A DNA stretch of 64,000 nucleotides, from positions 27,868 through 91,867 of the forward strand of contig QPMI01000290.1 in NCBI GenBank assembly GCA_004431415.1. The letters run 5' to 3'. Of this stretch, positions 24,460 through 36,422 are shown one piece after another; within the stretch, counting starts at the first letter, position 1, and each line of letters begins with the position of its first letter. The notes below the pieces were generated by a model. The model saw only the letters and a program-made list of their open reading frames with translations, had not been told where the DNA came from and searched no databases. The stretch comes from Cyanophora paradoxa CCMP329. Taxonomy: Eukaryota > Plantae > Glaucophyta. A program made the position numbers and the translations under genes.

Positions 24460-24839
24460 CAGATTGGAGTGACAAAATGCATATTGCTCTTTCAAAGCTA
24501 CGGGCCCAGCACCCGGGACTCCTCCCTCCACGCTTGAACAAAACGGCCCATGCCTGTGAGGGAGGGCCGGGGGCGCCCCGTTTCAAAATCCCCCCCCCCC
24601 CCCCCCCCCCCCCTCCACCCCCCGTCCCCAGCACGTGTTGGGGCCGCACGTAGTCAAAAAAGCATCTCGACGCGTACTGAAACTGCATGTCCAGGCTACA
24701 AGTGTGGAATCAACCTCCGCAGCTGCAGCTGCGGGCCCAGCCCACCAGCAAGTGCTAGCTGGCAGGCCGGGCTCTGATCATGACCTGACAAGCCAGGCCC
24801 TGCGTGGCCCCCCATATATATAGTACTAGTAATATTGGT

Positions 24840-25674
24840 TTTTTGGTTCGGTGAACGGCTGCCTGGTGGCCGGGGGCGCCTGGTTCTGCCTCTTCTTCCT
24901 GCCTCGCGCCAAAATCACTCAAGTACGCGGTGCCCGCAAATTAGTAAAGACGGGCTGCGTCCAGCGCCGAGCAGCGGACACAGATCGTCGTGTATGTACA
25001 CGCCGTCTTCTACTCCCTACTTTACACATTGGTCGTCATTGCGTCGCTTTCCAAGCCAGGCGCGGTTTCCAATCTCGCAGACTTGAACTCCTTCGATGGC
25101 GTTCATCGACTTCTGGCCAGCGAGGATGTAAGCTCATAATTCTTTCGAGTCGTAATCAAAGACGCTCAACCCCTGAGGGCCTAATTTTACAAACGTAATC
25201 GTAATCAAAGACGCCCATGGCCAACCAAACCTGCTCAACCAAATAAAAAGAAACCAATGCTTTGGAAACTCCCCCGCAGACGACGCTTGCTGCGTGGGTA
25301 CACTACGTTGTTTTCGATGTCTGGGTAAGTTCTGATAGCGAAATGTATACGCACAACACATGCTTTCCATGAACGCCTTTTTCAGATTGCAAAGTGGATC
25401 TCCGACGACTCCTCCCGCCGTGGGATATCTCATTTTGTGGTGGTACCGTGCTTCTTCTTGACCATGATGGTTGGTCGTGCTGGATTGTTGCTGTACCTTG
25501 CTATTCGGACAATCCTTGGGCGCTCTGGCGAGCAGCAGGCGAGCAGGACAGACAAGAAGGACTAGGGGTTGAGCATCTGGACACGTACTAAAATCGTGAG
25601 TCCGGGACACAAGTGTACATGTACACATGTGGTAATGTACACTGCAGCCGCCGCAGCTGCGGGCCCAGCCCACC
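24840..25674 (+). repeat. Copy 1 of a ~0.83-kb direct repeat (copy 2 at 26885-27710)
   Basis: Near-identical to 26885-27710, with scattered substitutions and a 9-nt indel at ~24870. Confidence 0.95.
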
Positions 25675-26884
25675 ACCGGCCGGTACCAGCAAGCTGGCGA
25701 TGGCCGTCCGAGCTCAAGCCAGGCCCTGTGTGGCCCCCCTATAGTAATGCGCCTCCCCCACGGAAACAGAGTAGTCGAAAGAGTAGTATAGGCCGGAGTA
25801 GTCGAAATAGGCCGGAAACAGAGAATTCGAATTCGAAGTGGGACAGGAACGCTGATGCACTGCCCGCCCCCCCCCCACCCCCCCCCCCCCCCCCGCCGCC
25901 CCCCCCCTGCTCCCCCCCTGAGCTCGAGCGGTCCAGTGTTTGTGAAAGTTTACTATCCCCGGGCACCCTGAAAGCTTTCCCAAAGGATTGCGAAAGGAAA
26001 GCTTTCTTCCGAGCTCAGGCCGAGTCTCCTGCAGCCCGGCAGTGCCCGTTATCGTTATCGAAATTCGGATGTGTACTTCCAGTCGTAATCGTAACCGACC
26101 TCAATGGATTGCAGCTAGGCTGCTGGTCTGCATGATGCGCTGACCACCGTCGAGGCAAATGCATATAGCACTCATTCGCGAGGGCATCGAATATTCATTT
26201 CCCCCAAACCTGGAGGAATGCTTCTGCGGAAACCGCTTCTCCCCTCTTCCGCCGTTGTCTGTTGATCATCTGTATGATGAAATGAGCGCTAGCGTTTGCG
26301 TGGTGTTTCGTAGGGAGCGCCAGCACACCTCAAGCGTCGGCATTATCGGAATGATCAGGTTGCCGTGGTAGGAGTCCTGCGCCGAGTAGTAGCCAGTTTT
26401 CGTTTGGACGTACTGCAGAAGCTGCGCAGGCGCACAATATGTTCCGTTAACGTTATCATCGGCTCGGATTACATAATCTCATTTAACGCACCTCCTTCTT
26501 GGCCTGCTGAAGCTTATCTGCGACCTGCTGCCGCCGCTCCTGCTCCAGCTGCCGCCGGACGTTGTCTGTCTCTGGAGCCGCCGCGACGTTATCGTCTTGC
26601 TCCATGCGTAGAGCTTTAAGCCTACATCCGGCGCTCCACGCGCTCGAGCCAGCGCGGAAAGAGAGAGAGAGCAAGTAAAAGACACTCCCAGGACTCGAAC
26701 TCGAGTCTGGGTGGTGGTAGCGCCCTAAGCGCTGGCGAGTGGGGGTACGCGGTCCCGCCGCCTGTGCTGAGAGCTCGAGCGCCGCTAGCCACACGCGTAC
26801 GCGCGAGTGAGCCGCTAAATACCATCTTTCGCACATTACCCGCAGCAATGCCAATCCCGCACATTCCTCTTTCGGACCGCGAGC

Positions 26885-27710
26885 TTTTTGGTTCGGTGAA
26901 CGGCTGCCTGGTGGCCTGGTTCTGCCTCTTCTTCCTGCCTCGCGCCAAAATCACTCAAGTACGTGGTGCCCGCAAATTAATAAAGACGGGCTGCGTCCAG
27001 CGCCGAGCAGCGGACACAGATCGTCGTGTATGTACACGCCGTCTTCTACTCCCTACTTTACACGTTGGTCGTCATCGCGTCGCTTTCCAAGCCGGGCGCG
27101 GTTTCCAATCTCGCAGACTTGAACTCCTTCGATGGCGTTCATCGACTTCTGGCCAGCGAGGATGTAAGCTCATAATTCTTTCGAGTCGTAATCAAAGACG
27201 CTCAACCCCTGAGGGCCTAATTTTACAAACGTAATCGTAATCAAAGACGCCCATGGCCAACCAAACCTGCTCAACCAAATAAAAAGAAACCAATGCTTTG
27301 GAAACTCCCCCGCAGACGACGCTTGCTGCGTGGGTACACTACGTTGTTTTCGATGTCTGGGTAAGTTCTGATAGCGAAATGTATACGCACAACACATGCT
27401 TTCCATGAACGCCTTTTTCAGATTGCAAAGTGGATCTCCGACGACTCCTCCCGCCGTGGGATATCTCATTTTGTGGTGGTACCGTGCTTCTTCTTGACCA
27501 TGATGGTTGGTCCTGCTGGATTGTTGCTGTACCTTGCTATTCGGACAATCCTTGGGCGCTCTGGCGAGCAGCAGGCGAGCAGGACAGACAAGAAGGACTA
27601 GGGGTTGAGCATCTGGACACGTACTAAAATCGCGAGTCCGGGACACAAGTGTACATGTACACATGTGGTAATGTACACTGCAGCCGCCGCAGCTGCGGGT
27701 CCAGCCCACC
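26885..27710 (+). repeat. Copy 2 of the ~0.83-kb direct repeat
   Basis: See 24840-25674. ORF translations 25134..25676 and 27170..27775 are nearly identical. Confidence 0.95.
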
Positions 27711-28397
27711 AGCGAGCTGGCCAGCTGGGCTTGTGTGGCCCCGTAAGGAGAGCAAATGTGCCTCCCTGCGGACACTATCTAGACTCGCCGAGTCGATCTC
27801 TGTTTCGCATTTGGACACGTACTTAAACGCAGGTCCGGGCTACAAGTGTGGGAATGTACACAGCGGCCGCCGCGGCCGGGTCCAGCCCACCAGCGAGCTG
27901 GCCGGCCGGACCCTGCGTATACGTACGCATGAAGACCGAACGTCGACCCTGAGCGTTGAAACCAGCCACGTGCACGCAATCAGAGACCGTCGGACTAGCA
28001 ATATTAATCGTCATCGCAAATCCGAGAGCTAGGGCCTCATCGCCAATCGCGATCGTAGTCGCAAATCCGAGACGGCCTCATCGCCAATCGCAATCACAAA
28101 TCCGAGACGGCCTCATATGCATCGCCAATCGTAGTCGTAAATCATTGAATCCGAGCTCGAGACGGCCTCATCGTAACCGTAATTCAAAGATGCCCGCGTT
28201 TGCCCGCCCCGTCCCGCCCCGCCCCGCCCCGCCGCGGCCGCTGCAGCTGCTGAGCCGGGGGCCCAGCCCACCAGCGAGACTCGATCTCTGTTTCGATTTC
28301 GACAGTAGTTTACTCATTGTAGATGAGTGCTGATAGCTGCTACCAAACATCACGTGTCACGCTCATGCATGCGCATGGTCATGGCCAGCACTTGCGA

Positions 28398-29203
28398 TCA
28401 AGCAGCATCATCACTTGCAACGTCTATGCCAAGCTGAGAGAGAAGAGAGAGAACTGCTTCATTGTCGGGGTCAATGTCGATAGCCTGCAGGAATGTGGTC
28501 AAGTTGTCGTTGAGGATGCAAAAATCTGCACGGCAGATAACCTTCTCATAAGCTTCGATGGCCTTCTCAAATTTCCCCAGTGCACGGTAGAAATCACCAG
28601 CGTAGACATGAGCAGGCACAAAATCTTCGACGAGCCTCTGCGCTTCCAATGCGTCCGCCAACGCGTCTTCATATCGTTCCATCGTAGCTAGCACAGCGGC
28701 ACGGTTCAGCAGCAGGATCTCTAATTTTGGTGGAGACGTGTTGATGCTCTATGTAGCGATCAATATTGACCGATCGGCTTGCGGGCGATGATCACCTCTG
28801 TAAATGCATCGAGTGCCTCTAGCAACCTCCCTTCGGCGAACGCGGCCGCTCCTCTCTCGGCGAGCATTTTTGCGTTGTCGTTCGTATTGTTTCCGCCTGG
28901 AGCGGTTGCAGCGACGGTGCACGGGGAAGCGTGAATAGTTCGAAGGTTTGTGTCTTGCACAGAGGCGGGCCGGATCGCATGGAATCGCCCGGTGCGACTC
29001 GAGGTCCAGCGCGAGCTGCGGATTTCGAGGGCCGCCCGAAATCTGTTGCAAGGTCGCTCGAGCGTGCTACCGTAACGCTCGGCGCCATTTGCCGCCGCTG
29101 CCCTCGTCCTGCACAGGGGCGGCCGAACGAGAGCGCCCGCTGCTTGGCTGGTCGAAGCGAGAGGGGCGCACGTTGCGGGTGCGGCGAAGCCAATGCGTAG
29201 CAT
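28398..29203 (-). CDS. Small TPR-repeat protein with probable plastid transit peptide
   Basis: MLRIGFAAPATCAPL... A/R/S-rich leader. TPRs AKMLAERGAAAFAEGRLLEALDAFTE|SI, LLLNRAAVLATMERYEDALADALEAQRL, AHVYAGDFYRALGKFEKAIEAYEK|AIDIDPDN. Confidence 0.8.
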
Positions 29204-29464
29204 CTATGCGCGACCGCGCGTCAGCGACTCTGAATAGCGACCGAGAAAGGCTTGCGTACTTCGGGAGACGAGTGGCCGAGCGACAACCACTCCGGGATAG
29301 CCTGGAGGGCCGTAACGTGCCAGACGCAGCGCTTTAACGCGACAACGCGGCTGAACGCGCCGTCAACGCGGAGAGAGGGGGGTACGGGGCGCTTAGGGCA
29401 AGTATCTCGGATCGGGCGGCTTGTTCGGTCGTTGGTTCGTTCGTGTCAGCAGCCTTAACCAACG

Positions 29465-31157
29465 ATGGACACCGCGTTCGCGCTCGCCGTTCCGGCGACG
29501 ACCCGCCCGGCGCCGGTCTCGCGCTCGTTCGGCCTTCGCCCGGCGGCGAAGGATCTGCGCTCGGCGCAGAGCGGCGCTTTCGGGGCGAAGGCCACCGTTG
29601 TCGCCAAGCGGGAGCAGCCCAGCACCCGCTTCTCCGTGTCGGCCTCGTTCAGCACCGCAAAGTCGGACGAGATCTTCAAGCGGGCCCAGGAGATCATGCC
29701 TGGCGGCGTTAGCTCGCCTGTGCGTGCGTTCAAGTCTGTCGGCGGCGGTCCTATTGTGTTCGACCGCGTCAAGGGCCCGTACGCGTGGGACGTCGACGGC
29801 AACAAGTACATCGACTACATTGGCTCGTGGGGCCCGGCGATCTGCGGCGCGACCAACGACGAGGTCACCGCGGCGCTCAAGGCTCAGATTGAGAAGGGCA
29901 CGAGCTTCGGTGCGCCCTGCGCTCTGGAGAACGTGCTCGCGGAGGCGGTGATCGACGCGGTGCCGTGCGCGGAGATGGTCCGCTTCGTCAACTCGGGCAC
30001 GGAGGCGTGCATGTCGGTTCTGCGCCTCATGCGCGCGTACACCAAGCGTGAGAAGATCATCAAGTTCGAGGGCTGCTACCACGGCCACGCGGATATGTTC
30101 CTCGTGAAGGCCGGCTCGGGTGTCGCCACCCTTGGCCTCCCCGACTCGCCCGGCGTGCCGAAGACGACCACCGCGGCCACCCTCACCGCTCCCTACAACG
30201 ACCTCGCGGCCGTCCGCGCCCTCTTCGAGGCGAACAAGGACGAGGTCGCCGGTGTCATCCTGGAGCCCGTCGTCGGCAACGCCGGCTTCATCACCCCGGC
30301 ACCCGGCTTCCTGCAGGGCCTCGTCGACCTGTGCCACGAGTACGGCGCCCTCTGCTGCTTCGACGAGGTCATGACCGGCTTCCGCATCTCGTCCGCCCCC
30401 CGCGCCGCCCCCCGCGCCCCCGCGCCTCACCGGCATTTCTTTTCCGCGGCGCAGCTACGGCGGCGCTTCGAAGCACTTCGGCGTGACCCCCGACCTGACC
30501 ACGCTCGGCAAGGTCATCGGCGGCGGGCTGCCGGTCGGCGCGTACGCAGGCCGGAAGGAGATTATGCAGATGGTCGCCCCCGCGGGCCCCATGTACCAGG
30601 CGGGCACCCTCTCGGGCAACCCCCTCGCCATGACCGCCGGCATCAAGACCCTTGAGATCATGAAGGCGCGCCCCGCGTGCGCCCCGCTACCCCCACCGCC
30701 CCTTACGCGCCGCGCAGCGCCCCGGCCAGTACGAGGAGATGACGCGCAAGACGGAGAAGCTGATCAACGGGATCCTCGACGCGGGCCGCGAGGCCGGCCA
30801 CGAGATCTGCGGCGGCTCCATCTCTGCCATGTTCGGCTTCTTCTTCTGCAACGGTCCGCGCCCCATGCCGCCCCGCGCGCCCCGCGCCGCCCCGCGCCGA
30901 GGCGGGCGGGGCAGGCCCGATCCGGAACTTCGAGGACGCCAAGGCGTCGGACACGGCCAAGTTCGCGCGCTTCCACCGCGCGATGCTGGAGCGCGGCATC
31001 TACCTCGCCCCGTCCCAGTTCGAGGCCGGCTTCACCGGCATCCAGGTGCCCCGTCCTCACCGCTGCCCGCGCCGCCCCGCCGAGCGCCGCGCAGCACTCG
31101 GACGAGGACATCGAGCGGACCATCGCCGTCGCCCGCGAGTGCATGAAGCTCATCTAA
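29465..31157 (+). CDS. hemL: Glutamate-1-semialdehyde 2,1-aminomutase, plastid precursor
   Basis: [110 protein letters not shown] transit peptide. Four short introns in the 3' part. Confidence 0.98.
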
Positions 31158-31518
31158 CCCGCCCGCCCCCGACCGTACCCCTCCCGACGACCTCTCAACC
31201 CGCCCTCCCCTAGGCCCCCATTGTCCCTGTCCTTGTCCCTGTCCAATTGCAACTCCATAACAAAGTCCGACCGACAACTCGAAGCCCAGAGTTCACCCTC
31301 AACCGAGTCAGAACCGGAAGTCCAACCCCACCCAATTCCAACCCCAAATGAAACTTCGACTCTTTAATCAAAGTCCGACCGTCGGACCCCCATTAGGGTA
31401 CTAGCTCAACCCCCAAGGAGGGCCAGCCATGCGCAGAAAAGCCGCCGGGGGGCCGAATTCGAAATCTTGAAGCTCAAGCGTAAGGCAAGGGATTGAAATG
31501 GCATCGAATGGCGTGGGG

Positions 31519-31551
<33 letters not shown>

Positions 31552-31568
31552 GCAAGAGAGCGACCTCC

Positions 31569-34163
31569 CTACCCCAACAGCCCGGGGACAAGAAAGCCAC
31601 CGCCCTCCAGCACCCCGTCCGGGGTCTCGGCCGGGGGCTCGGGGGCTGGCTCGTCCTCCTCGGTCGGGGGCGAGGGGGGTCCCTCGGGGAAGGCGGGCCG
31701 CGGGGGCGTGGCAGCTTCCGTCCCGCTCCCGTCCCCCTCCTCCTCGGTCGTGTCGCCGCCCTCGCGCTCGCCCTCGCGCTCGGGGAAGATGGGCGGCCGA
31801 TCGCTCTCGACGCCCAGGAGCTGCCGGTGGATGAACTGGAAGGGGCTCATCGGCTGCGGCCCCGCCCCCTGCGCCTGCAGCCGCCGCCGGTACTCGCTGT
31901 AGCGCAGCAGCATGTTGAAGAGCGAGCCTGAGGGGCGCTCAGGGCGGGGCGGGGCGGGGCGGGCGGGGCGGGCGGGCCGACGGTGGCCTCCTCCTCGGCG
32001 AGGATGCGGTGGATGGTGTGGGCGCGCTCCGCGAGGGCGGCGTCGCGGAAGGTGAAGTACTCGAGGTCGCGCCCCGCCTGGCACGCCGCCATCGCCTGGA
32101 TCAGGAACTTCAACTCCCGGTCCCCGTTGAAGGCGCCTCCGCCCCAGTTCCCTGCCCCCCGCTCGCCGCACCCAACGAGGGGCGGGGGCAGGGGCGGCGG
32201 ACCGGTGGCGATGGGCTGCGCGTTGGCGTCGGGGCCGAGGGCCTCCCAGGGGAGGAAGCCGGCGAAAGCCTTATCGAGCTCCCGCCGCACGTGCTCCTCC
32301 CGGAACTGCCGCCACGCCGCGTGCCGCCTGCCGCCCCTTCGCCCCCCCGCGCCGCGGGGCACGCGGCGGCCTCGCGCACGGGTAGTGCTCCGCGTCGATG
32401 GCGACGATGTACGACCGCACGCGCCCCGCCTCGTCTCTGCGGCGCACTCGGCGTCGGCGGCGGCGGCCCCGGCGGCAGCCCCGGCGGCGGTGCGGGACGG
32501 GCTCAGGGCGCACAGAGGAGGGGGCGCCTCGGGCCGCTCGACGTGCTCGAACGACGAGGCGTAGCTGCGGCGCACGCTCGGCGGGCGGTCCGCTCAAGGG
32601 GCGCCTCGCGCCGGCGCACCCGCTGTAGTTGCTGACGCGTTCGGCGCCGGCGATGAGAATCGCCTCATTGTCCTGCGGGGCGCGTGAGGGGCGGGGCGGG
32701 GCGGGGCGGGGCGGGGCGGGCGCGCGTCCATGGCGGCGCAAAGGAGGAGGCTGACGAGGCACTCCGGGTTGATCATGAAGCGGATCTCCTCCTGCACGCA
32801 CCCCTGCCCCCGCCCGCGTCGGGCCCACGTCGGCCCCGCCCGCGCGCCGCCGCACCCTCGAAAGCGCGCCGCCGCCGATGAAGCTGGGGGCGGGGTCGGG
32901 GCGGGCGTGCGGCAGGGGCGGGGCGGGGGCACCGGTTGGCAAAGTCGACGTGGAGGGCGCCGGGGGCCGAGTCCTCGATGGTCCCCTCCGTGCTCACGTC
33001 GACGCGGCAGCCGCCGAGCGGCCGGTCGCTCGCCTCCCACACCGGCAGCGCCCGGCGCGCCAGGGCCCGCCGGTGGAAGCTCACGAAGCCGCGGGGCGGA
33101 GCGCCGGCGAGGGCGCGCCGGAAGTAGGCGAGGAGGCAGCGGAGCTTGCCGATCGTGTTGGGGGCGCACGCCATGGCCCCTTCCGACGAGCGGCGGTAGA
33201 GCCCGGCGAACGAGAATGCGGGGAACTCGTGCGAGCCGCCGCCGGCGCGCTGCAGCCGCGGGGCCGCGGGGACGATGCAGAAGAAGGCGCAGGCGAGCAG
33301 CGAGGCGGCCTGCTCCCGCGTGACGCGCACCTCGCCGCTCTCCTGCACGAGCAGCAGCCGCAGCTCCTCGCCGCACACCTGCGGCAGCCGCAGCGCCGCC
33401 CGCTGAATCGCCGGCAGCGTCTCCCTGAAGAACGTCTGTCGCTCCTCGGCGGAGAGGGCGTCCCTCAGGAACCTGCCCCGCGTCATGGCGCAGCGCCAGC
33501 GACGGCGCCGGCGTGCCGCACGATGCGAGGCCGCTGAGATCCAGCGGCTTCTTAGCGTGGAGCTGGGAGAACGTAATCAGGAGCTTCTCAACCGTCCTGA
33601 TCTCTTTCTTCAGCTCCTCTTCGTAGACGGTCCAGCACTGGCGATAGATTGGCGGATCCGAGTCCCTCACCCTGGCGGGGCCTAAGTCTTACGAAGCTTG
33701 CGCCACCGCATGGCCGCAGACCTGAATTTGTTCTGTGGGTTGTGCGGTAGCCGAGCGTACGCGCTGCCTGCGCTCGACTGATCGCGCGCGGGTGTCGACG
33801 GCCCTGAAGCGCGGCTACTGGAGGCGGCAGAAGCGCGGCTGCTGGAGGCTGCAGGCTGCTGGGGCGGCTGCGCCGAACCCCGATACGCGAGAGTGGCGGG
33901 CTTCAATCGACACGACATGTCTCCGGCTTCGAATTCGGGGCTGTCGACGTCCTCGATGGGATCGCTGTCGTCCAGGCTCTGCACGCCGGACGGCTGAGGC
34001 GTGCGATTAACCGGAGCCGGTGATTCCGCGGGGGCAGGTTCCCGGTCGCGGGGACGCTTCTTTTCGTTAGCTGCGTAAGCGTGTAAGGTGCGTACGCGTG
34101 GAAGGCTTGATCTTGCTACAGCTCACGTCTGAAGAATCTCAGAATGCTCTGCTGTTGCGACAT
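31569..34163 (-). CDS. PARG: Poly(ADP-ribose) glycohydrolase
   Basis: [93 protein letters not shown]. N-terminal MSQQQSILRFF. Confidence 0.95.
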
Positions 34164-34355
34164 GACGGGGCTCTGTATCCAGCTGCGGCGCTCATACGAT
34201 CGTCTGACCGCCTCCCCCAGCCGACCCGAAGCGACTCAGCGCAAATCGTGCTGTTCTAAACACGCGCAGCAGGCGCCGCTCCGCGGGTTTTCGAACACCG
34301 GCAAAGTCGAAGCTTCACTCCTGTACCCAGTACGGCCACCTTTTCACATCCCAAG

Positions 34356-35926
34356 ATGGCAGCCCCCGTCGGCGAGGTTCCTGCGAACGCAAACGAGCGT
34401 GCGCACCCTATCCTCTCCCCCGCCGCCCCCGCGCCCCGGCGACGTCCAATGACGCGCTTTTCCCTTCCGACGTCGCCGACGCCCCTTGACGGCGGCCGCG
34501 TGCGCAGACTGCCCGGGAACGCAATCAGATGAAGCAGGGAAGTCCGCGGCGTGCGCCGGATGCCCGAATGCCTCCATCTGCAAGACAATGCCGAAAGGCC
34601 CTGACCCCTGTGAGCTCGCCGCCGCGTTCGCGGTGCTCCTGAGCTAATGCGCACGCGTACGGTATTTTGCAGCGGTCACCGAGGTCGGCTCCAAGCTTGC
34701 CATTGTGAAGCACAAGTTGCTGGTGCTTTCGGGCAAAGGCGGCGTAGGGAAGAGCACATTCGCCACGCAGCTGGCATACGCGCTCTCCAGCATGGAGAAG
34801 CAGGTGAGAATATTGTGCGGTGCATGCAGTGACCGGCTGACGCCATTGCGAAGGTCGGGCTTCTTGACGTGGACATCTGCGGGCCGAGCGTGCCGCGGAT
34901 GACGGGAACTGAGGGCGAGGAGGTGCACCAGAGCGCACAGGGATGGTCGCCCGTGTACGTGGATGAGCGCCTGGGCGTGATGTCCATCGGCTACATGCTC
35001 CCGAACCTCGACGACGCTGTCATCTGGCGCGGTCCCCGCAAGAACCAGCTTATCAAGCAGGTGCCGTCGCCGATCGGAGGGCCCACATTGCGTCGCTCAT
35101 CACCGCGCGGCGCAGTTTCTGAAGGACGTGCACTGGGGCGAGGAGGGGCTGGACTTCCTCATCGTCGACACGCCCCCCGGCACCTCCGACGAGCACCTCT
35201 CCCTCGTGACTTATCTGAAGGCCCGCGCCGCCCGCCCGCCCGCCGCCACCGCCCGGGCGCGTGGCTGAGGGGCGCTGGCAGGAGTCGGAGGTGGACGGGG
35301 CGATCATCGTGACGACGCCGCAGGAGGTCTCCCTGAGCGACGTGCGGAAGGAGATCAACTTCTGCAAGAAGACCGGCATCCCCATCATCGGCCTCGTCGA
35401 GAACATGAGCGGCTTCGTGTGCCCCCACTGCAACGTGCGCGGCGCCCCTCCCGGCGCCGCGCCGCGCGTGCCGATGGGGGCGGCAGTGCGGGACGGACAT
35501 CTTCGTGGGAACGACGGGCGGCGGCAAGAAGGTGGCGGAGGACTACGGGATCCCCTTCCTGGGCCGCCTGCCCCTGGACCCGAGCCTGGTGCAGGCCTGC
35601 GAACAGGGCAAGTCCTTCTTCGAGCCCGGCGCCCCCGACACGCAGGGCCGCACCGCCTTCAAGGCCGTCGTCGCCCGTGCGCCGCCCCCGCGCTGCCCGC
35701 CCCCCGCCGCCCACCCCGCCCCGCAGGCATCATTGAGGAGATCGAGCTCGTCAACCCCGAGGCCGGCTCCGGCGGCTGCGGCGCCGGCGCCTGCGGCCGC
35801 GGCGCGTGCGGCGGCGCCGGCTGCAGCGCCGCCAAGGCGGCCGGTGGCTGTGGCGCCGCGAAGGCGGCCGGCGGCTGCGGCCGCGCTGGTGGCTGCTGCG
35901 GCGGTGGCGGCTGCGGCCGTGCCTGA
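34356..35926 (+). CDS. NBP35: Cytosolic Fe-S cluster assembly factor NBP35/NUBP1 with a Cys/Gly-rich C-terminal tail
   Basis: [93 protein letters not shown]. Confidence 0.97.
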
Positions 35927-36422
35927 GCAGGCTCGAGCTTTAGACCTCGCGCTACGTATCGGGCCTTCGTGTTCTGGTTCTTCGGAAACAGATGCAGCTA
36001 CGAGTCGCGAGTCTACGTGTCACCGAAGTCGACGTTCACCTAGTCCTCAGGGCCTGCGCCTAAAGCAAGGCCTACTGCAGCTGCGACCCGAGATCCGGAG
36101 CTCGAGGCTAGGCATGTTCGGGCTGGGCGGGGGCGGGGACGGGGGCCCGTGCGCTAGCTGTCGACGTTACGCGAGCAGCGACTTGTCATGCACATTGATA
36201 ACACTGGCATACTAGCTGCGGACAACGCTAGCTAGAAGCGGCGGTGCTAACTACGGGGCGAGAAGCCGCGGACAACGCAGGACTACGGGGCGAGAAGCCG
36301 CGGACGAAAAGCCCCGCGCGCGGCGCGGTGCATGCGCAGGAGCGGGAGAGCTTCGAGGACGAGCAGGTGGCACAGAAAATGAACGCGCTCTTTGTGAACA
36401 TGCGCATGCATCCGCACGCTCG

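Larger units (their letters stand above)
24670..28305 (+). repeat. Five diverged copies of a short unit with core GGG(C/T)CCAGCCCACC(AGC)
   Basis: Cores at ~24734, 25661, 27697, 27878 and 28259. The first four are preceded by ACAAGTGT. Confidence 0.8.
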
